From assembly GCA_020832235.1 (NCBI GenBank), contig JAFIEZ010000003.1:76224-140223 (forward strand): DNA of 64,000 bases, given 5' to 3'. Source of the DNA: Bacteroidota bacterium. Its GTDB lineage: Bacteria; Bacteroidota; Rhodothermia; Balneolales; HLUCCA01. The position numbers and the translations under genes were made by a program. Positions 38,585-49,708 of the stretch are shown piece by piece (within the stretch, counting starts at the first letter, position 1; every line of letters begins with the position of its first letter). The notes below the pieces were generated by a model. That model was not told the origin of the DNA. It did not search any database and saw only the letters and a list, made by a program, of their open reading frames with translations.

Positions 38585-40600
38585 ATGCTCCATCTTGCCG
38601 GTATCACGTATTTTATAGGCGACCGGTGCCTTTTTTCCGGATTAAACTTACAAGCTAATAAAGGTGACCGGATAGGTCTCATTGGTCCGAATGGCGCCGG
38701 CAAAACAACCCTTTTACGGCTAATCGCCGGCAAACTTAAGCCGGAAGAAGGGTCTGTTACTTACGAGAGCGGCGCCAGTGTTGGATACCTCGAACAGGAG
38801 GTGCTTGAGGTAAGCCTGGATCATACCGTTTTGGACGTAGCGCTTACTGCATTTAAAGAGGCCAGCCAGATTGAAGTCCGCCTCGAGAAAATATACCATG
38901 AGCTTGAAATAATCACCGACTATGAGTCCGACTATTATATGAAGCTTCTGGAAGAGATGCAGCGCCTTCAAGATCGTTATGCCGTACTGGAAGGCGACAG
39001 TAAAGAAGCCAAAGCAGGTGCGGTACTGGAAGGCCTTGGGTTTACCACCGAGCAGCTTTATCAACCGCTATCTCGTTTCAGCGGGGGCTGGAGGATGCGG
39101 GTACTACTCGGAAAGTTGTTGCTGGAACATCCCGATGTACTTCTGCTGGATGAACCAACAAACCACCTTGACATCGATTCTATCGCCTGGCTGGAACAGT
39201 ACCTTCAAAACTATGATGGTGCCGTGATTTTGGTTAGTCACGATCGTTATTTTATGGACAGAATGATTAATCAGATCGCGGATTTACGCTCTAGAAGAAT
39301 TTATACCTATCCGGGTAATTACGAACGTTACTTGGAACTTCGTCAGGAGCAAATGGAACTACAGGCTAGGGCTTACGAGTCGCAGCAAAAGCAAATTGCA
39401 GATACCGAGCGCTTTATTGAGCGTTTTCGCGCCAAAGCCACCAAGGCTCGTCAAGTTCAAAGTCGTGTTAAAAGTCTTGAAAAAATGGACTTGGTTGATG
39501 CGCCTGAAGCCGACGCTGCCGAGGTGAATTTTCGATTTCCTCAACCTCCGAGAAGCGGTAAAGTAGTACTAACCATTGATAACCTGCGTAAAACGTATCC
39601 GGCGCCTGCACCGGGTGAATCAGATGTAACGGTTTTTAACTCCGGTCAGTCTTTGCACATTGAGGCTGGAGAAAAAATAGCTCTGATTGGAGCCAATGGA
39701 ACGGGTAAATCTACCCTTGCACGCATAATGGATGGTGTGGAGCCTTTTGATGGCATTCGAAAACTTGGTCACAATGTAATACTATCATACTTCGCTCAGC
39801 ACCTGGCCGATGTACTTACCAGCGAACGTACCATATTGGAAGTAATGGAAGAAGCTGCGCCAACCAGTGAAGCCAGGTCGGGAATTCGAAGCTTGCTTGG
39901 ATGCTTTCTGTTCAAGGGCGACGATGTATTTAAGCCAATCAAGGTGCTCAGCGGGGGAGAGCGATCCAGAGTCGCTCTTGCGCGAACCCTGCTTACCCCG
40001 GCAAATGTTCTGGTACTTGACGAACCAACCAACCACTTAGACCTGGCTTCCAAGAACGTATTAGTACAGGCGCTCAAAGATTTCAAGGGAACATTAATTG
40101 TTGTATCACACGACCGTCATTTTCTGCAAGGCTTCGCAAGTAAAATTTGGCGTGTTGGTGGTGGCAAGGTTACCGAATACGATGGTGGTTACGATTATTA
40201 TGAATGGAAATCGGCACGTGAAGATGCTGATAGCACTGTTACCCCTGCCAAAAAGGGCATAACAGGAAAGGCAAATCCTGTTGATATATCTGCAGTTGGA
40301 AACGTGCAAACTGCTGCCGTCACAGATACTTCTCAAAATGGTAAAGACAAGCGAAAGCAAGACGCGCAAAAGCGCAGTGAAGTACGTCCGTTGCAAAACA
40401 AAGCATCTAAACTTGAAAAGCAGGTAAAAGAGCTGGAAGAAGAAAAAGCAGTACTCGAAGCTAAATTAAGTGATCCGGAGTTCTATGCAAGTTCTGAAGC
40501 CGCAGCGGTAGTAAAACGGCATGGAATTATTCAAAACGAGATCGAAACCCGCACACTTGAATGGTTAGAGCTTCTTGAAGAAATTGAACAACTAGAGTAA
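38585..40600 (+). CDS. ABC-F family ATPase (two ABC domains, C-terminal coiled coil)
   Basis: 671 aa. Two Walker A sites (GPNGAGKTT, GANGTGKST), two signatures (FSGGWRMR, LSGGERSR), an inter-domain linker and no TM domain. Confidence 0.9.
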   Translation: MLHLAGITYFIGDRCLFSGLNLQANKGDRIGLIGPNGAGKTTLLRLIAGKLKPEEGSVTYESGASVGYLEQEVLEVSLDHTVLDVALTAFKEASQIEVRLEKIYHELEIITDYESDYYMKLLEEMQRLQDRYAVLEGDSKEAKAGAVLEGLGFTTEQLYQPLSRFSGGWRMRVLLGKLLLEHPDVLLLDEPTNHLDIDSIAWLEQYLQNYDGAVILVSHDRYFMDRMINQIADLRSRRIYTYPGNYERYLELRQEQMELQARAYESQQKQIADTERFIERFRAKATKARQVQSRVKSLEKMDLVDAPEADAAEVNFRFPQPPRSGKVVLTIDNLRKTYPAPAPGESDVTVFNSGQSLHIEAGEKIALIGANGTGKSTLARIMDGVEPFDGIRKLGHNVILSYFAQHLADVLTSERTILEVMEEAAPTSEARSGIRSLLGCFLFKGDDVFKPIKVLSGGERSRVALARTLLTPANVLVLDEPTNHLDLASKNVLVQALKDFKGTLIVVSHDRHFLQGFASKIWRVGGGKVTEYDGGYDYYEWKSAREDADSTVTPAKKGITGKANPVDISAVGNVQTAAVTDTSQNGKDKRKQDAQKRSEVRPLQNKASKLEKQVKELEEEKAVLEAKLSDPEFYASSEAAAVVKRHGIIQNEIETRTLEWLELLEEIEQLE

Positions 40601-40613
40601 ATCTTTGACCATT

Positions 40614-41774
40614 ATGGAAGAGCAACAAAAATACTACAACTATCCATGGTATGTCACTTACACGTATGCGCTTGCAGCCGTTATACTTTCTGTATATGCC
40701 ATGATTATTGCTAAACCGCTTCTCATGCCGCTCATGTTTGCGGTTTTCTTCGCTATTTTGCTGGTTCCTGTATGTAATTGGTTAGAGCGCTATCGTATTC
40801 CACGCTTCCTCTCTGCTATAGTCTCCATTATCATCACGATTTCCGTTATTGTGGTACTCGGGTTCTTCCTTGTATCACAGATTCGGGGCTTTGTTGAAGA
40901 TGCCGACATGTTTGCTGATCGTCTGGAAGAACTGCTTCAGTCGGCTGACGCCCTGGCCTCGACGTATTTGAATACGGAAGTAGAACTGAATCTGGATAAT
41001 GTTGTAACACTTATCAAAGACTACTTCCAGGAAAATGCAGCCTCACTTACCAGGGGCTTAACGGGGGCTGCTTCTACCATTACTACCTTTCTTCTTATGC
41101 CCATTTTTATGTTCCTGATTTTACTTTTCAGGGATATGCTTAAAACATTTGTAAGAAAGGCATTCGGCAGAGGAAACAAACAGAAAGAAGACAAAGTAGA
41201 TGCCATTATATCAAGAATTAAATCGCTTATTCAGCAATATATAACGGGCTTACTTATCGTTATTGGAATACTGGCAGTCATCAATTCAACGATGCTGCTC
41301 ATAATTGGTGTAGATCACGCTATATTCTTTGGCGTATTTGCAGCCATGCTGAATGTAATACCTTTTATCGGTCCTATAATGGGCTCGGTTCTTCCTGTAT
41401 TATACAGTCTAATTACCATGGACTCGCTGCTGTATCCACTGGTTATCTTGCTGGGGTTCTATATTATTCAGCTTTTTGAGAGTAATTTATTCACGCCCGT
41501 GATTGTAGGATCTAAGGTTAGCATGAATGCATTAATGACTTTGCTATTGATTTTGATTGGCTCGCAGATTTGGGGTCTTGCAGGAATGATTTTGTTTATT
41601 CCTCTTGGGGCAATTATGAAGGTTGTGAGCGATGAGGTAGACTCTTTGAAACCATATGGCTATCTGCTGGGGCGAGTGGACTCAGATAAGAGTGAAGATC
41701 GCAGCAAGCTCGCAAAAAAAGTGCGAGAAATTGCCGACAAAACTTCCGATTTAGCACAAAAGCTCAAACCTTAA
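40614..41774 (+). CDS. AI-2E family transporter (PerM-like)
   Basis: Polytopic. NVIPFIGPIMG and GLAGMILFIPL motifs. ATG 40614 is preferred over the tracked TTG 40605. Confidence 0.8.
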   Translation: MEEQQKYYNYPWYVTYTYALAAVILSVYAMIIAKPLLMPLMFAVFFAILLVPVCNWLERYRIPRFLSAIVSIIITISVIVVLGFFLVSQIRGFVEDADMFADRLEELLQSADALASTYLNTEVELNLDNVVTLIKDYFQENAASLTRGLTGAASTITTFLLMPIFMFLILLFRDMLKTFVRKAFGRGNKQKEDKVDAIISRIKSLIQQYITGLLIVIGILAVINSTMLLIIGVDHAIFFGVFAAMLNVIPFIGPIMGSVLPVLYSLITMDSLLYPLVILLGFYIIQLFESNLFTPVIVGSKVSMNALMTLLLILIGSQIWGLAGMILFIPLGAIMKVVSDEVDSLKPYGYLLGRVDSDKSEDRSKLAKKVREIADKTSDLAQKLKP

Positions 41775-41804
41775 CGAATTGAGGCTTCACTAAATACAGA
41801 TACC

Positions 41805-44048
41805 CTAGTTGTGACTGATAAAAATCACAGCTGTATCGGTATTTAAGATGACTTCCATCGGGATAGTACCAAAAGCCTTATCACCGGGGGCTAACCTACC
41901 CAGACCCATAATCATAAGGTCGTGATTAGCTGTTTCATAGACCAGTGATTCTTTCACATCATTACTCAAGATAATCGTAGACTTGAAACCGGCAGGTACA
42001 ATCTCCTCCCCGAAATGCTGTATGAGCCTGCGCTGTTTTCGAATATCGGCGGCAGTTGCATTCTCTGGAAGTATTTGTAGAAAGGTAATTTCGGGACGGA
42101 AGTTACGCCATAGGCTCGCCGTAATTCTTGCCCTAAGCAAATCGTGTTTGTCAAAACCTCCAACCGGTATGAGCACACGTTTTGCTTCACTTATTTTCCA
42201 ACCTGAATACGGTTGTCTTAACACTACGACATCGCATGGTACCCTGGTTATAAGGTCCTCCAATTTTTGGGTAGTTTTCTCGTCACTAAAATCTCCCGGG
42301 CCTAGTAATAATGTCTGACAACGATGTGATCGGGCTACCCTCTCAATTTCTTTCCAGGGGTCTTTTGCAATTGTTATTAAGGTATCGGCTTTAACAGATG
42401 CATCCACGGCAGATAAGAGACCCTGGTAAACAACATCCCGAGAACCCGCAATACGCTCATTGGTGATAGTTGATTTTGCTGAAGGCTTTACAATATTTAG
42501 AAGTAATGTTCTGCCTACTGTCGGTGGTGACAAAGCCTGAGCTAAAAACAACTTAGATGCGACATTTGCAGGGTTGGTGATTGGGAGCAACAACAGCGGA
42601 CTGTTTCCTCTAAGGCGAATGATTTCAGGATTTCGGGCTTCTTCCGATACATCAGCAACCAGCGCATTCTTGAGGAAAAAACCAATAAAGAGCAGAGATC
42701 CTGCAAAAAGCCATAGTAAGGTTATTACACCTGCAGACGGTACCACCACCGACTGAAATAAAGCCAGTGAAACCGTGAGAAATATCCCAATAATAGGGAG
42801 GGTAGGGAAGAACGGCACTTTATAGGAGTCAGGATTCTGATCCGGAGCGCGCTTTCTAATTAAAATCAGAATAAATTGAGCCAAGGCAAAACTTAGTAAG
42901 AAAATCAGTGAGGAGGCCGCCGCCGCCGAAGCAACGTTGGGTAAAACCAGTATAAACAGAATAGTCAGCAGAGCGGTGAGATGTATGGCTCTTACCGGCG
43001 TTCCATAACGACTATGCAATCGGGAGACTTGAGGCAGCATGGTGCGGTCGGCTGCCATGCTGTTCGCCACACGGGAGGCTGCAAAAAGATTTGCCTGCAG
43101 GGCCGTGAGCATGGATAACAGACCGGCAATCAGCACTAGCCATAAACCAAACTTACCTAAATAGTGCTCTGCTGCCACGGCTATTAATGTTTCAGGATAA
43201 GCTTCACTGATTTCATGGAGAGTTACGCCATCTGGAATGCCAACGGCTAGCACGACAACCAACAGAGGGATGTATATAATTAGTCCAATCCCTAATGTGT
43301 AAAATAAAGCTTTAGGTATATTCTTTTGAGGGTCTCGGATGTCACCAGCGGCGTAGGCAACCAACACAAAACCCTGAATGGCAACAAACGTATATCCCAT
43401 GGCTGCGGCCAGACCGCTAAATCCACTGCTGAAAGCGGGGGAAAAATGTTCTGTGAGTTCACTCAAGGGTCTGCCAGGTATAACTGCAAGGCCACCGGCA
43501 ATTAGAATGGCAAATACCAGTACTTTTAGCACATTGATGTTGCGTGCATCAACGCGTGCATGTAAAGAGAGTTTAACTGTATAAACTGCTACCGAAACTA
43601 TTGCAATCAGTAAACCTGTCCATCGCTGTGAAAAAAAATCGGAAATTGCTGAAACGGGTACCTGCTGAAGTGTGAACGAGGCAAATACGCCAAATCCCAA
43701 CGCATAGAAAACGGAAGCCATGATGGATGCCAGCCACACAACCCATCCTGCACCAAAAGCAAGTTGAATACTCAGCGCCCGTTTTGCATAGGTGTAAATA
43801 CCGCCGTTCTGTGGATTTCGGGATGCCATCTCAGCAAAACTCATCGCAATAATGAAAGCGATGAAACCATTTAGCAAAAACGCCAGTATGGCGGAGGCGC
43901 CAGTAACCGAAAAAGCAACGCCAGCCAGAGCAAGTATGCCACCTCCAACCATCGCCCCGATACCCAGTGCAATGGCACCAGCAAGGCCTATGCTGGTATC
44001 TTCTTTCGAGCTATGCTGATGTATGTTTGTCATGTAAGGCAGTGGCAA
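41805..44048 (-). CDS. APC-family amino acid permease fused to C-terminal tandem USP domains
   Basis: 747 aa. About 12 TM helices in the N-terminal 450 aa, then two Usp-like alpha/beta domains (..LLLGPG.., ..LMIMGLGR..). Confidence 0.75.
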   Translation of the reverse strand: MPLPYMTNIHQHSSKEDTSIGLAGAIALGIGAMVGGGILALAGVAFSVTGASAILAFLLNGFIAFIIAMSFAEMASRNPQNGGIYTYAKRALSIQLAFGAGWVVWLASIMASVFYALGFGVFASFTLQQVPVSAISDFFSQRWTGLLIAIVSVAVYTVKLSLHARVDARNINVLKVLVFAILIAGGLAVIPGRPLSELTEHFSPAFSSGFSGLAAAMGYTFVAIQGFVLVAYAAGDIRDPQKNIPKALFYTLGIGLIIYIPLLVVVLAVGIPDGVTLHEISEAYPETLIAVAAEHYLGKFGLWLVLIAGLLSMLTALQANLFAASRVANSMAADRTMLPQVSRLHSRYGTPVRAIHLTALLTILFILVLPNVASAAAASSLIFLLSFALAQFILILIRKRAPDQNPDSYKVPFFPTLPIIGIFLTVSLALFQSVVVPSAGVITLLWLFAGSLLFIGFFLKNALVADVSEEARNPEIIRLRGNSPLLLLPITNPANVASKLFLAQALSPPTVGRTLLLNIVKPSAKSTITNERIAGSRDVVYQGLLSAVDASVKADTLITIAKDPWKEIERVARSHRCQTLLLGPGDFSDEKTTQKLEDLITRVPCDVVVLRQPYSGWKISEAKRVLIPVGGFDKHDLLRARITASLWRNFRPEITFLQILPENATAADIRKQRRLIQHFGEEIVPAGFKSTIILSNDVKESLVYETANHDLMIMGLGRLAPGDKAFGTIPMEVILNTDTAVIFISHN

Positions 44049-44157
44049 TGTATATTGACACCGAAGTTATAAAAAGCCTCTGTCATAGACCTCATGAAAT
44101 CACGCGTATTTCTCAAAGAAAGTATGCAGAAGGTGCACATTAGTTCGCATGCTGTCA

Positions 44158-45828
44158 TCAAAGCTGCTCTGGTTCATTATGATGTAATTCCAGTAATGCA
44201 GGACCTTCTCCTGGAATATGATCAATCAACCTGTTGAAATCATCCATATGCCTGGCAGCTTTGCATAATTGGTTTACTATCCGTCGCAAACCACGAATGT
44301 AATCATGCCATGCCAGCATTTCAGCCATTGTCAGTTTTCCTCTCGATCCACTATTGAGTAACGAATTTTTTGCTTTCTGATACTCCTGTTCAAAGTCCAG
44401 CTCGAGCTCATTAATGCTCTGAAGACTAAAACCGGGCAACTCGGAATCGGATATATTACAGAATTTAAGTACATACTCTTCCAGCGTATTGATTCGATCC
44501 TGTAAAGCTGGGTTTAGAGCATCAGACCGATTGCCTGTGGGAGCAATTTCAGCGGCTACCTCAACGGCTTCCCTGAAGTATCCTAAAACCCGGAGACCTT
44601 GGGGCAATGTATTTTCTAGTTCTTCAGGAAACTCATCGCGCTGCATTTTCTGGATGTATGAGCCAATTAATAGGTGCAAATCATTCAAGGGCTTTTGCTG
44701 TCTAATAAATTGTTCTGGCGTGCTGGTGTGCTTTACATTTTCATTTACCAGTCTTCTGGTTTTTCTTCCTACACGTTTTAATTCAAACACAAGCGCATTA
44801 ATAGCAAGGGCAGGTGTTTGCAGTACAGTGTTGTCAAGGTATCGGGTTGTAATTTTATCGGTACTCTCTTCCTTAAATTTGGTGAGTAGCCATGACTCCA
44901 TTCTTTTTACGAACGGCAGCAGAATTAATAGCCCCGTAAGTTTTTTCATGGTATGAAATATCGCAATCGTGGTTGCAGCTGTGAGCTCAGGTCCGAATAC
45001 CCCACTGATTGCAGCCAGATAAAACGGCAGTAAAAAGAGTACCACCAGCCCGTTGATCATATTGAATATTACATGTGCCGATGCTGATCGCTTGGCATTG
45101 GCTGTAGCTCCGTAGACAGCAAGTACAGCCGTTGAAGTGGTACCAATATCAGCACCGATAACCATGTACGCAGCCATACTTACGGGTAGTAAACCGCCGG
45201 CTGCCGCAGTAAGTACTACCGCTATAGCTGCAGATGAAGACTGCATCAGTGTGGTCAGCATTATACCAATAAACACCATGAGCAGCCCACCCTTCAGACC
45301 GCTTCCAAGCGCTTCAAAAGGGACTATTTCACCGAGGTCACTGAAGGTATCCTTTAGGACATCAATACCCAGAAAAAAAATACTGAATCCAACCAGAGCT
45401 TGACCCCAGGCGCCCATATTTCGATTGCCGCCGCTTAACCACAGAGCCATACCAGCCGCCAGCAGAGGCATTGCCATGGCCTGAAGATTAATATTCAGGC
45501 CCACTGTAGCGATAATCCATCCTGTGAGTGTAGTTCCAACATTACTGCCAAAAATAACATATATCGCTTGCGCCAATGTCATCATACCGGCGTTTACAAA
45601 GCCTATAGTCGCAAAAATTACTGCCGAAGAAGATTGCACCAGAGCCGTTACGGCAATTCCTGCAACAACACCCTTGGTTACCGTAGAGGTATACCGATTC
45701 AGCAACATACGTAAGGTGTCGCCTGCTGCAAGCTTCAGACCGTCGGTGAGCAGCTTCATGCCCAAAAGAAATAACGCCACACCTCCTGCAAAGGAAAATA
45801 TCATGAAAAGAAGGTCATTTGATGGCAT
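44158..45828 (-). CDS. Na+/phosphate cotransporter family protein (NptA-like with PhoU-like C-terminal domain)
   Basis: 556 aa. Duplicated QSSSA motifs (LVQSSSAVIF, LMQSSSAAIA) and a helical cytoplasmic tail. Confidence 0.8.
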   Translation of the reverse strand: MPSNDLLFMIFSFAGGVALFLLGMKLLTDGLKLAAGDTLRMLLNRYTSTVTKGVVAGIAVTALVQSSSAVIFATIGFVNAGMMTLAQAIYVIFGSNVGTTLTGWIIATVGLNINLQAMAMPLLAAGMALWLSGGNRNMGAWGQALVGFSIFFLGIDVLKDTFSDLGEIVPFEALGSGLKGGLLMVFIGIMLTTLMQSSSAAIAVVLTAAAGGLLPVSMAAYMVIGADIGTTSTAVLAVYGATANAKRSASAHVIFNMINGLVVLFLLPFYLAAISGVFGPELTAATTIAIFHTMKKLTGLLILLPFVKRMESWLLTKFKEESTDKITTRYLDNTVLQTPALAINALVFELKRVGRKTRRLVNENVKHTSTPEQFIRQQKPLNDLHLLIGSYIQKMQRDEFPEELENTLPQGLRVLGYFREAVEVAAEIAPTGNRSDALNPALQDRINTLEEYVLKFCNISDSELPGFSLQSINELELDFEQEYQKAKNSLLNSGSRGKLTMAEMLAWHDYIRGLRRIVNQLCKAARHMDDFNRLIDHIPGEGPALLELHHNEPEQL

Positions 45829-46000
45829 AATACGTTTGGACCAAATTAAGTTTGTAGCGGTTACGCGTGAAAGTTAACAACTTCCGTACCACAGTAAAAA
45901 TGGAGCTTTTTAAATATATATACTTGTATTGACAAGTTGCTACAACTATTGCTATCTTGCTGTGTCTTAACAAAATAAAAAATAGAACTCCAACTGCTCC

Positions 46001-47794
46001 ATGGAAACTCAAATTCTGATTGTTCTTGGTATTATGTCGTTTACCATCTTTATGCTGGTAACCGAATTACTGCGTATAGACGTCACAGCCATAATTACGC
46101 TCTTGTTACTTTATTGGACGGGGATTTTGACTGGGGCTGAGGCCATCTCCGGATTTTCAAGTAATGCTGTTATTGCCATGCTGGCTGTTATGATACTTGG
46201 CGAGGGACTGGCGAAGACGGGAATGATGAACCGGTTCTCAAAATGGCTCCTGAAGCGGGTAGGGACGAACCCCCGAAATATCATGGGGTCTTTGGCAATG
46301 GCAACAGGAACAATCTCTGGAGTAATTCAAAACATTGGAGCAGCAGCATTATTTTTACCCAGCATTTTAGATATTTCTCGTCGCCTGAAAGTATCTGCGT
46401 CCACCATGATCATGCCAATTGGATTTGCAGCTATTATCGGGGGTAGCCTTACTATGGTTGGGTCGGGCCACCTGATTTTAACGAATGACTTACTGGCTGC
46501 TGCTGATCTGGAGCCGTTTGGACTTTTCGCCGTAACACCAGTTGGTATTGCTCTTTTACTTGGCGCTATACTATTCTTCTTCTTGTTGGGTAAGTACTTC
46601 CTGCCTCAGGCTGAAGCAGGGGGCAAGCTTCCTCCAACAGCACAGGAGCAGGTCGTGGAGGCGTTTAATCTGAATAAAGACATTCTTTACTTTCAGATAC
46701 CATCCAGCAGTGATCTGGTGGGAAAAACCATAGAAGAATCAGGTATTTGGACTGATTTCAATGTAAACATACTGGCTACCGCGCTTCATAAAAAAATAGA
46801 TTATGCGCCATGGAGAGAGACAAAATTTGAGGACGGTTCTATTCTTGCTATCTACGGCGATGCGGCTTCGATCAATGAATTTGCCGATACATACAGCTTG
46901 CTTCAAACGGAGGAGCACCCGATGTTTGAAGGATTGGGTGACCCTGAAGAAACGGGCTTTGCCGAAATTATCGTGCCCCCCCGCTCAGAGCTGGTAGGGC
47001 AAACCCTTCGTGCCTTTGCCATGCGCCGCCGATATTTTGTTGAACCCGTACTTTATTACAGCAAAGGAGAACAATTCGACGGCGATTTTTCAGATCACGA
47101 GATCTCGGCAGGAGATGCTTTTGTGGTGTATGGTCACTGGGATAACATCAAGAAAATGCAGGCTTCAGATGCGTTCGTTGTAGCAACACCGATTTCAGCA
47201 GAAACGAAAAAGCCATCCAAAACAATTTTTGCAGCAGCCAGCTTTTTGATAGCTATCGTGCTGGCTTTGAGTGGGTTTTCTATATCAGTATCCTTCCTTA
47301 CCGGTGCCATTCTCATGGTATTGACGCGTGTAATGAGCATTCAGGAGGCATACGACTCGGTAGAGTGGAAGGTAGTGTTTCTACTCGTAGGGCTTATCCC
47401 TCTTGGTATAGCCATGCAGAATACCGGTACAGCACAGTTTCTAGCCGAGAGTGTAATGTCAATGGTTGATGCCAGTAATACCCTACTGTTGCTCTTTACG
47501 GTAGCCATTCTGGCCACTATCTTTTCTTTAGTGATGTCGAATGTCGGTGCTGTGGTGGTTCTGGCACCGCTTGTGGTGAGTATTGGACTTATTGCGGGGG
47601 TTGATCCACGCCCGTTGGTACTGTTGGCGGCAGTTAATGCAGGGAACTCTTTTGTTCTGCCAACCCATCAGGTCAACGCACTAATGATGACAGCAGGTGG
47701 ATACAAAACAAAAGATTACTTTAAAGCAGGTGGAGGAATGACGGTAGTATTTTTGTTAATCTCGGTATTCGTCTTTTATTACACCATGTTCTAA
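46001..47794 (+). CDS. SLC13/DASS-family permease with central TrkA-C (RCK_C) domains
   Basis: 597 aa. TM bundles flank two soluble segments of about 80 aa (GKTIEESGIW..., GQTLRAFAMRRRY...). Confidence 0.75.
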   Translation: METQILIVLGIMSFTIFMLVTELLRIDVTAIITLLLLYWTGILTGAEAISGFSSNAVIAMLAVMILGEGLAKTGMMNRFSKWLLKRVGTNPRNIMGSLAMATGTISGVIQNIGAAALFLPSILDISRRLKVSASTMIMPIGFAAIIGGSLTMVGSGHLILTNDLLAAADLEPFGLFAVTPVGIALLLGAILFFFLLGKYFLPQAEAGGKLPPTAQEQVVEAFNLNKDILYFQIPSSSDLVGKTIEESGIWTDFNVNILATALHKKIDYAPWRETKFEDGSILAIYGDAASINEFADTYSLLQTEEHPMFEGLGDPEETGFAEIIVPPRSELVGQTLRAFAMRRRYFVEPVLYYSKGEQFDGDFSDHEISAGDAFVVYGHWDNIKKMQASDAFVVATPISAETKKPSKTIFAAASFLIAIVLALSGFSISVSFLTGAILMVLTRVMSIQEAYDSVEWKVVFLLVGLIPLGIAMQNTGTAQFLAESVMSMVDASNTLLLLFTVAILATIFSLVMSNVGAVVVLAPLVVSIGLIAGVDPRPLVLLAAVNAGNSFVLPTHQVNALMMTAGGYKTKDYFKAGGGMTVVFLLISVFVFYYTMF

Positions 47795-47839
47795 ATCATC
47801 ACATTGGTGATACTTACGGCAGGGCTCATGTGTTTACAA

Positions 47840-48415
47840 TTACTGTACCTGCATGACCGCCCTGAAACGTGGCATTGCGTGACGTTCGAGATTATACACA
47901 AATACGCCGTTCTCTAAATCCATATCCATCATCCACACATTGGTACTCGCTTCGGGTATCATTTCAGCGGTTACGTCATCGGCGGCGAAGTATTGACGAA
48001 ATGCGGTTCCATGGTCAGTGGCATAACCTCCATATCCGTGAGCATCACCGCTTGCCTGAAGATCTGCCAATGTGCGTACATCCCCCAGGTGATCATGAAA
48101 CAGGTGCAACCCCTCATCACGTTTTTCGATAACCCAGGCTCCATGCCAGTAGTCACCATCACGAATTAACTCAATGCGAATCATACGATCATCGCAATGC
48201 GAAACATGGTTGCGAAGCTCCGTTCCTACCAGCGGATGGTCCTCGTTCTCCGGATAGGTTGAACCGCCCATTAAATGAGCATCACACAATGTAGAAAGGT
48301 TTGCAAAAAATGCGTCATGAGTACTTATTTCAACGCTCTGCTCATCTGCGTTTCCACAAGCTATAAGAGAGGTGAATACTATAACGGTGAGGATACTGAC
48401 GATTACAGATTTCAT
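47840..48415 (-). CDS. hypothetical His-rich lipoprotein
   Basis: 191 aa. Lipobox SLIAC. No family recognised. Confidence 0.5.
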   Translation of the reverse strand: MKSVIVSILTVIVFTSLIACGNADEQSVEISTHDAFFANLSTLCDAHLMGGSTYPENEDHPLVGTELRNHVSHCDDRMIRIELIRDGDYWHGAWVIEKRDEGLHLFHDHLGDVRTLADLQASGDAHGYGGYATDHGTAFRQYFAADDVTAEMIPEASTNVWMMDMDLENGVFVYNLERHAMPRFRAVMQVQ

Positions 48416-48458
48416 AGGATTGAATTTTTATGTGAATAAATAAGATTGACTAAGCTGA

Positions 48459-49631
48459 TTAAGTGGATGCTGATTTGGTATCTGAAAATGAGTCGATAAT
48501 CATTGAAATGGCACCATCGCCTGTAACATTACACGCTGTTCCAAAACCGTCCTGAGCAACATATAACGCAAACATAAGACCCAGCTGTGCATCGGTAAAT
48601 CCAAGAACGCTGGACATTAAACCGAGTGCTGCTACCACGGCACCCCCCGGAACTCCCGGAGCCGCTATCATGGTAACTCCTAATAACATAATGTAAGATA
48701 AGAATACACTAAATTCCGGTGTGCCTCCGCTCAGAATAACGACTGCTACAGAACAGGCAACCAATGATATCGTACTCCCGGCCAGATGTATAGTTGCCAG
48801 CAGCGGTACTACAAACTCAGTTACTCTTTCCGATACCCCGTTAGACTTCACGCTTTGCAGGGTTACCGGGATGGTTGCTGCGCTAGACATAGTGCCCAGA
48901 GCCGTGGTGTAAGCAGGCAACATATTCTTCAGCGCAACGAATGGATTTTTTCCTGACCGGATGGCGGCAATGGTGTATTGTGAAATCAAATAAAGCAGGT
49001 GAATCGCAATGATGAGTATGAAAACTCTGCCAAATACCTGAAGCGTTTCAAAAGCTTCGCCAGTAGCGGCCATATTCGCAAAAATTCCGGCTATATGCAG
49101 CGGCAAAAAGGGTATGATGATGCGCTTGATAACAAGAATAATAATGGCGCGAACTTCTTCAATAAATTCGAAGAGTGTTGTTTTTGCACGTTCATGTCGC
49201 AAATGGTTAATACCCAAACCAAACACAAAGGCTGTAACAAGCGCACTCATTACCCCCATTATAGGAGGAGTACTAATTTGGATAAACGGCGTGAGTCCTT
49301 CACCTTCACCGCCCGAAAGTGCCCCTCCGCTTATAAACATAGGAATAATAAGAGCTGCTATAAAAAATGTAGCTACACCCGCAATTAGCGTAGATCCATA
49401 AGCCAGAGCAGCTGTACCGGCAAGCAACTTGCCTGCTTTCTCACCCAATTCAGCAATACCGGCCGCTATAAAACCAATAATAATTAACGGTACGATGTAG
49501 CTGAGGAACTCACCAAAAATATGCGTAAATGTGAATAGCGCTCTTCCCGTCCATTCGGGCAAGTATAAACCTGTTAAAATTCCTGCCGTGATTCCAAGTA
49601 TGAGGCGGGGTACCAGACCTAAAGATTTCAT
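48459..49631 (-). CDS. dicarboxylate/amino acid:cation symporter (SstT-like)
   Basis: 390 aa. SSAATIPV and VPGGAVV DAACS motifs. Overall resemblance to E. coli SstT. Confidence 0.8.
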   Translation of the reverse strand: MKSLGLVPRLILGITAGILTGLYLPEWTGRALFTFTHIFGEFLSYIVPLIIIGFIAAGIAELGEKAGKLLAGTAALAYGSTLIAGVATFFIAALIIPMFISGGALSGGEGEGLTPFIQISTPPIMGVMSALVTAFVFGLGINHLRHERAKTTLFEFIEEVRAIIILVIKRIIIPFLPLHIAGIFANMAATGEAFETLQVFGRVFILIIAIHLLYLISQYTIAAIRSGKNPFVALKNMLPAYTTALGTMSSAATIPVTLQSVKSNGVSERVTEFVVPLLATIHLAGSTISLVACSVAVVILSGGTPEFSVFLSYIMLLGVTMIAAPGVPGGAVVAALGLMSSVLGFTDAQLGLMFALYVAQDGFGTACNVTGDGAISMIIDSFSDTKSAST

Positions 49632-49708
49632 GAAAGGTGAACTGAGTAGAGGTTAATATTGACCTCTGATGATAACAGATTCTGATAATAAATACGAACT
49701 TAATCCTG

